Counted from the first letter of the stretch, positions 1 through 7,170 are shown. The stretch: DNA of 32,000 nucleotides from Candidatus Iainarchaeum sp. (GCA_028710695.1 JAQTTP010000002.1:90001-122000), one strand, 5' to 3'. Made by a program: numbers and translations. The notes: generated from the sequence alone by a model not told the origin.

Positions 1-1089
1 CAAAGAAAACAAATGTTGCATCTGCTTTGAAAGATATTTTATAAACTCTTTTCTCATCTCTTCCACAGGTTTCTTTGACAAGATAATAATTCCAAATCCA
101 ACTACCAAATATAACCAAAAAGAAAATAGCCTATCTATAATTACTACTGACAAAGCCAAAGTACTATCTATTCCTAATACGGATGACAAATATACAAAAG
201 ATAATTCATACGCACCCAAACCACCGGGAAGCATACTCACATTACCTATTATTTCACATAAAGACCATAAACCCAGAACTATAAAGAAATTTACTTCTAC
301 ACCAAACATTAAAAACACAAGATAAATCCTTAATGTGCAAATGAATATCTTCAAGACAGATAAAAAAAGGCTTAAGGAAATTGTCTTAAAAGAAATCATT
401 TCCATCTTTTTAATTTCTTTATAAAACAAGGAAAGAATATTTTTTAAAAAGTTAAAAACTACTGAATCAAAGAATTTAATTTTTATGTTAAATACTTTTA
501 TGAAATAATAACAAATTATTACAGAAACTACTGATAACAAAATAGCCAATACTATCAATACAATTCTATCCATTATTGATGGAAATGGCAAAAGAACCGA
601 AGAAATTAGCCCAATTGTCAAAACTGTAATAATATCAAATACATTTTCCATTGCAATGGAAAAAATTACTTGAGAATATTGTATCTTGTAATAATATTTC
701 AGAATAATAACCCTAAATGCCTCTCCCAAAGGCTTTGGAGGGATTCCCAAGGTTACTGCCAAACCACAGAGATAATAATATATTTGTTTTAAAGAATACT
801 TTTTTTCGTTGTACAAAGAGTATCGCAAAGATAAAACAAACAACTGCACAATAGATAACACAAAAAACAGCAATAAATAATAAACATTAATTTTTCCATA
901 ACTAAATATCTCAAAAAATCCGAATTTTGCAAATAAAAACAAAAATATTGCAATTACAACCAGGTACAAAAAAATATATTTTCTAAAATTAGTAAGAGAA
1001 TCTAATTTTTTTGCAAAGACAAAAAGTTTACTGTTGAAGTTTTCAATTATATTTTCAAGAGGCCTTTTGGTTTTTGGTTTGCGAATCAT
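1..1089 (-). CDS. Polytopic membrane protein, UPF0104 / lysyl-phosphatidylglycerol-synthase-TM-like (flippase-like) family; C-terminus runs off the window
   Basis: Absent from the ORF track, presumably because no stop is reached. My own translation of the minus strand from ATG 1089-1087 (MIRKPKTKRPLENIIENF...) stays open to base 1, about 363 codons. It has many hydrophobic segments. ...MLPGGLGAYELSF... resembles the PGGlGxxE signature of UPF0104. It starts 9 nt after the upstream gene's stop. Confidence 0.55.
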   Translation of the reverse strand, partial: MIRKPKTKRPLENIIENFNSKLFVFAKKLDSLTNFRKYIFLYLVVIAIFLFLFAKFGFFEIFSYGKINVYYLLLFFVLSIVQLFVLSLRYSLYNEKKYSLKQIYYYLCGLAVTLGIPPKPLGEAFRVIILKYYYKIQYSQVIFSIAMENVFDIITVLTIGLISSVLLPFPSIMDRIVLIVLAILLSVVSVIICYYFIKVFNIKIKFFDSVVFNFLKNILSLFYKEIKKMEMISFKTISLSLFLSVLKIFICTLRIYLVFLMFGVEVNFFIVLGLWSLCEIIGNVSMLPGGLGAYELSFVYLSSVLGIDSTLALSVVIIDRLFSFWLYLVVGFGIIILSKKPVEEMRKEFIKYLSKQMQHLFSL

Positions 1090-1098
1090 AAAGATCAA

Positions 1099-2193
1099 TT
1101 AGAAAAACAAAAACTTCTTTTTAATTCCGCTTTCAATCATTTCAAAAGGGTATGGAGTTACACCACTAATTTTTCTCTTATTTAATCTAGCAACAAGTTT
1201 ATCCAATTTATGTTCTGACAAGGACTCCAGATCAGATCTTTTCTTTGCTTTTAATTCTAAATTGTTAAACAAAGAATCAAACAAAAAGTTTTGTCTATTG
1301 AAATTAAATTTATCTTTTGAACCATACTTGGTTTTCTTTATTGTGTTTCTCACTATTTCATAACCAATGTCAACACTTTTTAAGGATTCAAAAAAGTTTT
1401 CTCCAGAAAAGTTGTTAAATATTCCACCTGCGCTTCCCAGCAACAAGGCTTTATCTCCAACCAAAGTTTTCTTTCCGTTGTAGTTTCCTATTTCTTTATA
1501 TTTTATTTCGCCATCAATAGAATAATTATTTTTCAAAGCAAATTCATCTATACTATCTTTAGACATTTCAGAAGAAACAAAATATCCAGTTTTGCTATCT
1601 ATTGGGCAAACAAACCGATAAAGGCTTTTACATTCATTAGAAATAAAATAATCTATTACTTTAGGGTCAAACTTGCCTTTTAACTGACAATAAACCATTT
1701 TCTTTTTTGCCAAAGAATAATTAAATAACTTATCTCTTACGTTTGAATAAAGGCCATCACAACCAATAACAACATCTGCTTTTCTTAAAGTTCCTTTTCC
1801 TTTCTCTTCAAAAAATACATTGTTATTTGTTTTATTATAGTCAAAAAATCTTGCGGAATGAACTAAGTCTTTTCCTTTGTTTTGAAGTTTTTTATAAAGC
1901 AAATATTCAAAAGTGGACTTATCGTAAATAGAATACATCCCACGAGTGTCTATTTCTGCAATTTTCCCATAAGGGGAATGAAATCTAACCAAATCAACAT
2001 CATTAACAAGGGCGGAGTTACTTATTTTTTTAAGGTCATATTTTTCTAAAAAAGAGTTGTTTAGAACAACATAATCCCCTTGTTCTCCCAAGATATCTGG
2101 TTTTTTGTCAAAAACATGATAATCTAAAGAGAGCTCTGAGAGATAATTAGCGAACCTTAAGCCGGCAACATTAGCACCTATTATGTATATCAT
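1099..2193 (-). CDS. FAD-dependent oxidoreductase, geranylgeranyl-reductase-like family
   Basis: N-terminal dinucleotide-binding fingerprint MIYIIGANVAGL. GCDGLYSNVR matches the GxDGxxSxVR motif of GGR and flavin monooxygenases. LLGSAGG...SGENFFES matches the C-terminal GGR-like motif. A TATA-like cttatatatat and an AGGGGT SD-like element lie upstream on the minus strand. Confidence 0.6.
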   Translation of the reverse strand: MIYIIGANVAGLRFANYLSELSLDYHVFDKKPDILGEQGDYVVLNNSFLEKYDLKKISNSALVNDVDLVRFHSPYGKIAEIDTRGMYSIYDKSTFEYLLYKKLQNKGKDLVHSARFFDYNKTNNNVFFEEKGKGTLRKADVVIGCDGLYSNVRDKLFNYSLAKKKMVYCQLKGKFDPKVIDYFISNECKSLYRFVCPIDSKTGYFVSSEMSKDSIDEFALKNNYSIDGEIKYKEIGNYNGKKTLVGDKALLLGSAGGIFNNFSGENFFESLKSVDIGYEIVRNTIKKTKYGSKDKFNFNRQNFLFDSLFNNLELKAKKRSDLESLSEHKLDKLVARLNKRKISGVTPYPFEMIESGIKKKFLFF

Positions 2194-2259
2194 TGCTTAC
2201 CCCTTGTTATCTGTCCTGATATATATAAGGATATAGTTATTAAAATAGTTTTGGTTCTA

Positions 2260-2276
2260 GCCTTTTACGAAAAGGC
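2260..2276. repeat. Palindromic hairpin gccttttacgaaaaggc (7-bp stem), a member of the TTTT-(G)TA-AAAA hairpin family
   Basis: Lies 10 nt downstream (minus sense) of the ABC operon's last stop. ctagccttttac(g)aaaaggc is near-identical to 7105-7124 next to tRNA-Met. It may act as a terminator or processing hairpin. Confidence 0.35.
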
Positions 2277-2286
2277 AAAGACTAAG

Positions 2287-2982
2287 CTATTTTCCCTTTA
2301 TATCACTTATCTTTCCATCACGGATGTGGTATATCTTATCTGCATACTTTGTAAGAGAAGGATCGTGAGTAACTATAACAAAAGTCTTCTTTTCTTTGTC
2401 TCTTAGCTTCAAAATAAGGTCTACTATGCTTTGCCCTGTCTTTGTATCTAAATTTCCAGTAGGCTCGTCCGCAAAGATTATTTCAGGGTCATTTATTAAT
2501 GCCCTAGCAATACTTACTCTTTGCCTTTCTCCTCCAGAAAGCTCTGCAGGCTTGTGCTTAAGCCTATGGCTCATCCCAACTGCTTTTAGAAGGGAAATCG
2601 CCCTTTGTGTTTTTTCTTCATTCTTTCCATCTGGGATTGTAGGAATTAGTACATTTTCCAAAACATTTAGGGTTGGGATCAAATTAAAGGATTGAAACAC
2701 AAATCCAAGATAATAACGTCTAAACACCGCCAAACTAAAGTCGTCTAATTCAGATATTTTTTTGCCTTTTATGTATACGTCACCAGTTGTTGGATGATCC
2801 AAAGCGCCCAAAATGTGGAGCAAAGTGGATTTTCCAGATCCTGATGGCCCAAGAATCATTATTATCTGAGACTTTTTCACATCTAGACTTACCCCATTAA
2901 GGGCATTTACTGTGGTCTCACCCAAGACATATGATTTAACCACATCTTTTGCTTGTATTATATTTTCCACCATAATCATCAC
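2287..2982 (-). CDS. ABC transporter ATP-binding protein, LolD/MacB/FtsE-type (cf. M. jannaschii MJ0796)
   Basis: Walker A GPSGSGKSTLL, Q-loop FVFQSFNL, signature LSGGERQRVSIARAL, Walker B IIFADEPTGNLD, H-loop VTHD. The track start at 2982 is GTG. An ATG at 2979 overlaps the upstream TGA by 1 nt (TGATG) and is the likelier start. Confidence 0.9.
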   Translation of the reverse strand: MMIMVENIIQAKDVVKSYVLGETTVNALNGVSLDVKKSQIIMILGPSGSGKSTLLHILGALDHPTTGDVYIKGKKISELDDFSLAVFRRYYLGFVFQSFNLIPTLNVLENVLIPTIPDGKNEEKTQRAISLLKAVGMSHRLKHKPAELSGGERQRVSIARALINDPEIIFADEPTGNLDTKTGQSIVDLILKLRDKEKKTFVIVTHDPSLTKYADKIYHIRDGKISDIKGK

Positions 2983-4124
2983 TCATCTCTCAATGCTTCA
3001 ACAGGATCCATTTTTGAGGCCTTTACTGCGGGATATATTCCGCCAACAAGGCCAATAAATATTCCAAAAGCAAATATCTCAAAAATTAAGGTCAAAGATA
3101 TTACTGTGTCTATTCCAATAACAAATCCAAGTAATTTACTTATTATTGTTCCAATTATCAATGCAATTATACTTCCAACAATTGACAAAAACACAGATTC
3201 TAAAATTATCATAAAAATTATATTCTTTTTTGTCCAACCAACTGCTTTTAAGGTTCCAAGTTCCCTTGTCCTTTCCATTACAGACATTAGCATTGTATTT
3301 ATTATTCCAATTGCTGCAACAAAAGCAGAAATCAAAGAAACAAATACTGCAATAAGTCGCAAATTCAAAAGCAAACTATTTACTTGTTCCATCATTTCTT
3401 CTTGTCCTTGCGCTTTTAACTCATCATAACTAAATTCTATTTTTTTAGAAATTTGTGTTGCATCCGCGCCCGCATCAGGAATCACATAAAAAGAATTTAC
3501 TTTGCCTTTTTTGTAAGGATAATTTTCTCTAAAATCGTCAACAGGCATTATAATTGCATTTACTGGAAATGAAGAATTAGCTTCGTATATTCCAATAACT
3601 TCAAACTTTGCAGATCCAACTTTTAAACTATCGCCAAGGCCTTTAAGATATTGCTCTGAAATATCTTTTGATATCATTACTACTCCATTATCCCCAGATT
3701 TTAAGCCCCTGCCTTTGTAAATTGCATCAATAAAAGCACTATAACTACTGTTTTCAAATTGGCCTGGATCTATAGCATAAATATATGGCTGGTCAAACAT
3801 AGAGCCACCGACAGCTTTATTTTGAATCTCAGTAACAAAATAATACTGTTCTGGAACAACTTCTTTTACACCTTGAATTTTGCTTAATTTTTGTTCATAA
3901 CCTTCATCAATAGAACTAAATACCTGGTCCACTGCAGATTCTTGAGATACAATAATGCCCTGCATTTTTCCAATAGTACTTTGTGCTTCGTTATTTATTC
4001 CATCAACAAAAGAAATCAATACCAATAATAAACAAAGACCAATTGCAATTCCCAAAAAAGTTAATATACTTCTGCTTTTTCTTCGGAATATATTAAGAAA
4101 TGCGGACTTAGCAATCTCAAACAT
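2979..4124 (-). CDS. ABC transporter permease, FtsX/MacB-type (paralogue 2)
   Basis: TM1, then a ~200-aa extracytoplasmic domain, then 3 C-terminal TMs. The FtsX-domain core is NTMLMSVMERTRELGTLKAVGW, and the C-terminus is GGIYPAVKASKMDPVEALR. Confidence 0.85.
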   Translation of the reverse strand: MFEIAKSAFLNIFRRKSRSILTFLGIAIGLCLLLVLISFVDGINNEAQSTIGKMQGIIVSQESAVDQVFSSIDEGYEQKLSKIQGVKEVVPEQYYFVTEIQNKAVGGSMFDQPYIYAIDPGQFENSSYSAFIDAIYKGRGLKSGDNGVVMISKDISEQYLKGLGDSLKVGSAKFEVIGIYEANSSFPVNAIIMPVDDFRENYPYKKGKVNSFYVIPDAGADATQISKKIEFSYDELKAQGQEEMMEQVNSLLLNLRLIAVFVSLISAFVAAIGIINTMLMSVMERTRELGTLKAVGWTKKNIIFMIILESVFLSIVGSIIALIIGTIISKLLGFVIGIDTVISLTLIFEIFAFGIFIGLVGGIYPAVKASKMDPVEALRDE

Positions 4125-4125
4125 C

Positions 4126-5274
4126 TTAATTACCCCTCAAAGCTTCAACTGGATCCATTTTCGATGCAACTATTGCGGGATATATTCCACCCAAAATCCC
4201 CAAAACAAATGCAAACAAAAAACATTGTATTACTAATGAAAAAGTTACTGCAGTATTAATTGCAAAAAAATATTCAAACAAAGCACTTCCGACAATACCA
4301 ATAACTATTCCCAAGATGCCCCCAAATATACCAATTATTGCAGATTCGAAAACAACTGAATAAATTATATTTGCCTTACTCCAACCAACTGCTTTCAAAG
4401 TCCCAATTTCTTTTATTCTTTCCATTACTGACATCAGCATTGTATTTACAACACCCAACCCAGCAATTATTGCAGCAATAAGTGTAACAACAATAACTAA
4501 ATATCTTAAATAATCTAAAAAAGAGCCAACGGTTTTCATTCTTTCTTGTTGCCCAACTGCTTTCAATTCCTCATATTTGAATTCAATTTTTTCAGCAATT
4601 GCATCAGATTCAGAAGGATCTACAGTAATAACATTAAAAAGATTTGTTTTATCCATTGCAATTCCATAGCTTTCTCTTGCACCATCTAAAGAAATTAAAA
4701 TTTGTTTTTCAAGAGTGCTTGTTTCTGCTTTAAAAATGCCTTTTATCTTAAACTCCTTGCCATCCAAATCTATTTTTGAGCCAATAGATTTTTTATAATC
4801 TTCTGCAAGCACAGTAGATATCAACACATAATCTTTATCTGAGCTTTTCAACAGTTGCCCAGAAATTAAATTTTCTTTAACTGTATTGTAAATCAATTCG
4901 TCATAATTTTCTGGATCTAGACCAATAACAGAATAACTACTTTGCGGCCCAGTTGCAACTGTTTTTTTATTATCAATAGTTCCCACAATTTGCAAAATCT
5001 GCGGTATTGCAACTTTTACACCTTGGACACTTTCTAATTTCATTTTATAGGACATGCTCATTTCGCTTGCAAAAGGAGCTAAAGCATCCGCACTAAAAAC
5101 AGTAATTCCCTGCATTTTTCCCAAAGTTGCAAAAGATTCCTCATATAAGCCATCAACAACAGAAACAAGAATAATTAAAGAGGCAATTCCCACAATAATT
5201 CCAAGAAGAGCCAATGCAGTCCTCTTTTTTCTACGAAATATATTTAGAAATGCAACCTTAATTAAATTATACAT
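4126..5274 (-). CDS. ABC transporter permease, FtsX/MacB-type (paralogue 1)
   Basis: Same architecture and length as 2979-4124 (382 vs 381 aa). Shared blocks include NTMLMSVMERIKEIGTLKAVGW and GGIYPAIVASKMDPVEALR. The 3' ends are visibly similar at the DNA level, consistent with a tandem duplication. Confidence 0.85.
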   Translation of the reverse strand: MYNLIKVAFLNIFRRKKRTALALLGIIVGIASLIILVSVVDGLYEESFATLGKMQGITVFSADALAPFASEMSMSYKMKLESVQGVKVAIPQILQIVGTIDNKKTVATGPQSSYSVIGLDPENYDELIYNTVKENLISGQLLKSSDKDYVLISTVLAEDYKKSIGSKIDLDGKEFKIKGIFKAETSTLEKQILISLDGARESYGIAMDKTNLFNVITVDPSESDAIAEKIEFKYEELKAVGQQERMKTVGSFLDYLRYLVIVVTLIAAIIAGLGVVNTMLMSVMERIKEIGTLKAVGWSKANIIYSVVFESAIIGIFGGILGIVIGIVGSALFEYFFAINTAVTFSLVIQCFLFAFVLGILGGIYPAIVASKMDPVEALRGN

Positions 5275-5275
5275 T

Positions 5276-6487
5276 CTAATTACCTTTCAAAGACCGCAAC
5301 TCTTTCTTTTTTGTTTTATTTTTTTTGTAGAAATATATTCCAACTCCAATTCCAATTATTATAATAATATAAACCAACCAAGCAAAAGAAATATCTTTTT
5401 TCACAATAAATAATGGGACTTCTTTTGTAAAGGTATATTCCTTGTCATATTGATCTAAATAGGAAATTTCCACGTTTATTTTTTGGGTCCCTGTTTCAGC
5501 ATTACTTAAAACATGCAAGTCAAAAATCCCTGAACTAGAATCATCTTCTTCTAATGAACCAACATAGGCAATATCAATTCCTTCGACTACTTGATTTTCC
5601 AATATTTTCATAGATGCGGATTTTATTGTAGACTTAGAAATATTTTCCAATTGTATGGACAAAGAAAAGTAACCATCTTGTTTAAGTTTTGTTTCTCCAG
5701 TACTTAGAGATTTATCAATTGATGAAATTATTACAGTTGGCTTGTCTTCTACAATAAATGATACTGTCTCTACATCGCTTATTGATCCTACTGCGTTAGC
5801 ATTTAAATCAACATCAAATAATGCAGGAGTTGCATTTTTTGAAATTAAAAAAGTAAAAATTACATCTTTTGTTTGACCTGGATCTAAATCCCCCAAAAAC
5901 TTTGACTTTTCGTCAAGAGCAATTAATTTATTTGTTCCAAAATCTGCCTCAACTTTAATTCCTTTCAAGGTATTATTTCCTTCGTTTTTTACATATCCTT
6001 TTAGTTCAACCTTTTCATCAAGATATTTTTTATCCAAAGGATATTCAGTTAGAACCAAATTTATTTTATCATAGTTTGAAACATTAATTGTTGTTTGGGT
6101 GTTAATAGTATACTTTTCTAGGCCATCTCTAAGATATTCAATTTTTACTGGTATTGAATAATAGCCCCCCTTTACAGAATCCTTAACTTTAAACCTCAAT
6201 GCAAAGTTTCCAGTCTGACTAAACTTAATTACATCTAAATGATCAAGGCCAGTAATTATTTCAAAATCATTACTAGTGGGCACAAGACTTACATTTACAT
6301 CTTCTGCATCAACAGTGCTAGAAATGTTCTCTAATGTTATATTAATGCTAGCTTCACTATTCGGGTATATTGTTGTTGGATAAGAATTAGTGGAATCAAC
6401 CTCAAGAATATAGGCATAATTCGAAGTCGCAGAGAATCCAAAACTCGCCAAAAGCAATACAAAAAATAAAATCAAGAATTTTTTCAT
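5276..6487 (-). CDS. Secreted, C-terminally membrane-anchored repeat-domain surface protein (CARDB / COG1361 S-layer-domain-like), sequon-rich
   Basis: I place the start at the internal ATG 6487, giving a clean signal peptide (MKKFLILFFVLLLASFGFSA). About three Ig-like repeat modules are visible (INITLENISST..., VELKGYVKNEGNNTLKG..., LSIQLENISKS...). There are many N-x-S/T sequons. A C-terminal TM (WLVYIIIIIGIGVGIYFY) is followed by a basic tail. The stop lies 1 nt before the next gene's start. Confidence 0.55.
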   Translation of the reverse strand: MKKFLILFFVLLLASFGFSATSNYAYILEVDSTNSYPTTIYPNSEASINITLENISSTVDAEDVNVSLVPTSNDFEIITGLDHLDVIKFSQTGNFALRFKVKDSVKGGYYSIPVKIEYLRDGLEKYTINTQTTINVSNYDKINLVLTEYPLDKKYLDEKVELKGYVKNEGNNTLKGIKVEADFGTNKLIALDEKSKFLGDLDPGQTKDVIFTFLISKNATPALFDVDLNANAVGSISDVETVSFIVEDKPTVIISSIDKSLSTGETKLKQDGYFSLSIQLENISKSTIKSASMKILENQVVEGIDIAYVGSLEEDDSSSGIFDLHVLSNAETGTQKINVEISYLDQYDKEYTFTKEVPLFIVKKDISFAWLVYIIIIIGIGVGIYFYKKNKTKKKELRSLKGN

Positions 6488-6750
6488 TAATAAGCCCCCA
6501 ATTAATATTATATAAGTATAGTCAGGAGCCTTTATATATTTTGTTTTTATGTGCAGCACATAAGGCAATAATAACAATAGTCAGACAAAAAACAATAAAA
6601 AATTGCTTTGTGGCATTTATGCCACTGTTTTTCTTTTGGAAGACTGCAGCTTTTCCAAGAATCTTTTTTGCAAAGCAAAAAAATTCAGGGGCTAAAGCAG
6701 TTTGTGAAACAAACTGGCTTTTTCCTTTTCCAAAAAAGAAAAGCTTGGTA

Positions 6751-6822
6751 AGCAGGAGATGGGAGTTGAACCCACAATCGCCCGGTCTGCAGCCGGAAGC
6801 ATTACCATTCTGCTACTCCTGC
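6751..6822 (-). tRNA. tRNA-Cys (GCA), 72 nt, no encoded CCA
   Basis: Hand-folded cloverleaf. Acceptor GCAGGAG/CTCCTGC. D arm GCAG-AATGGTA-ATGC. Anticodon arm TCCGG-CTGCAGA-CCGGG. Variable loop CGATT. T arm GTGGG-TTCAACT-CCCAT. Discriminator U73, the known Cys identity element. Confidence 0.85.
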
Positions 6823-6849
6823 CCCGAGAACAAACTTTCCCGTTAGAGT

Positions 6850-6880
6850 TGTATGTTGAACCAAAGGTTCAAGCATACTT
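6850..6880. repeat. 31-nt perfect repeat, copy 1 (tgtatgttgaaccaaaggttcaagcatactt), itself an imperfect palindrome
   Basis: Identical to 7140-7170. It lies 28 nt upstream (minus sense) of the tRNA-Cys 5' end. Its internal stem is gtatg-ttgaacc / ggttcaagcatac with an AAA loop. Confidence 0.9.
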
Positions 6881-6881
6881 G

Positions 6882-6896
6882 CTTTTTTTTATAAGA
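6882..6896 (-). promoter_or_regulatory. TATA-like box for tRNA-Cys (minus sense CTTATAAAAAAAAGC)
   Basis: An A/T box abuts the 31-nt repeat on its upstream side. An analogous AAATAAAATT box abuts copy 2 at 7171-7180. No TSS data are available. Confidence 0.35.
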
Positions 6897-6937
6897 CTGC
6901 GACATTTATGTCGCCAGAGTTTTCTTTGGGAGGCTGT

Positions 6938-6961
6938 AGCTTTCTTTTACAAAAGAAAGCT
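6938..6961. repeat. Hairpin agctttcttttacaaaagaaagct (11-bp stem) in the tRNA-Met 3' trailer
   Basis: A perfect palindrome around TTTTAC/AAAA that starts 3 nt after the tRNA-Met discriminator. The tRNA-Cys trailer has a related AAGCTTTTCTTTT sequence at 6731-6748. Confidence 0.6.
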
Positions 6962-6964
6962 TAG

Positions 6965-7104
6965 TGCCAAGGGGGAGACTTGAACTCCCGTCCTCCAGAT
7001 TTCTCTCCGAAATCTGGTTAAATCATCGCTTGCAAAGCAAGCTCATAATTCATAACCACGAATAGTTATGAGTCTGGCGCTCCAACCAACTGAGCTACCT
7101 TGGC
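6965..7104 (-). tRNA. tRNA-Met elongator-type (CAT; could be tRNA-Ile2) with a 66-nt intron at 37/38
   Basis: Exons 7104-7067 and 7000-6965 join to a 74-nt cloverleaf. Acceptor GCCAAGG/CCTTGGC. D arm GCTC-AGTTGGTTG-GAGC. Anticodon arm CCAGA-CTCATAA-TCTGG. Variable loop AGGAC. T arm GGGAG-TTCAAGT-CTCCC. Discriminator A73. Confidence 0.8.
7001..7066 (-). other. tRNA intron (66 nt), highly structured
   Basis: RNA sense: ACTATTCGTGGTTATGAATTATGAGCTTGCTTTGCAAGCGATGATTTAACCAGATTTCGGAGAGAA. The boundaries carry a 1-nt A ambiguity. It lies between A37 and A38. Confidence 0.7.
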
Positions 7105-7106
7105 CC

Positions 7107-7126
7107 TAGCCTTTTACAAAAGGCTA
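7107..7126. repeat. Hairpin tagccttttacaaaaggcta (9-bp palindrome) in the tRNA-Met 5' leader
   Basis: Lies 3 nt upstream (minus sense) of the tRNA-Met 5' end. It is near-identical to the hairpin at 2257-2276. Confidence 0.6.
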
Positions 7127-7139
7127 AGTTTGCCAAAAG

Positions 7140-7170
7140 TGTATGTTGAACCAAAGGTTCAAGCATACTT
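7140..7170. repeat. 31-nt perfect repeat, copy 2
   Basis: Identical to 6850-6880, exactly 290 nt away. It lies 36 nt upstream (minus sense) of the tRNA-Met 5' end and is flanked upstream by AAATAAAATT. Confidence 0.9.

Noticed and set aside
2396-5413. Plus-strand ORFs of 93-158 aa (2396-2695, 2953-3429, 3955-4236, 5054-5413) antisense to the ABC genes
   Set aside because: They lie wholly inside strongly supported minus-strand genes and translate to low-complexity Ile/Phe/Ser/Pro-rich strings with no motifs. These are typical shadow ORFs of an AT-rich genome.
6488-6577. A 30-codon N-terminal extension of the surface protein (track start 6577)
   Set aside because: The internal Met at 6487 gives a canonical signal peptide (MKKFLILFF...). 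The extension (MLLLPYVLHIKTKYIKAP...) would bury it.
6541-6983. Plus-strand ORFs 6541-6846 and 6759-6983
   Set aside because: They run antisense through the two tRNA genes and the hairpin-rich spacers. They have no SD, and the tRNA folds explain the sequence better.
7001-7066. Box C/D guide sRNA inside the tRNA-Met intron, as in the haloarchaeal tRNA-Trp intron
   Set aside because: There is only a degenerate C-like box (CGAUGA) and no CUGA D box at the appropriate distance. No C'/D' pair or k-turn arrangement is visible.
6965-7104. Initiator tRNA-Met identity
   Set aside because: The first pair is G1-C72 rather than A1-U72. The anticodon stem is CCAGA/TCTGG and lacks the three consecutive G-C pairs of initiators. 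It is therefore an elongator Met, or possibly Ile2.
6850-7170. The 31-nt repeat pair as a mini-CRISPR array or as att sites of an integrated element next to the tRNAs
   Set aside because: There are only two copies, 290 nt apart, each in the same position relative to a tRNA gene. There are no cas, integrase or transposase genes, and no partial tRNA duplication anywhere in the window.
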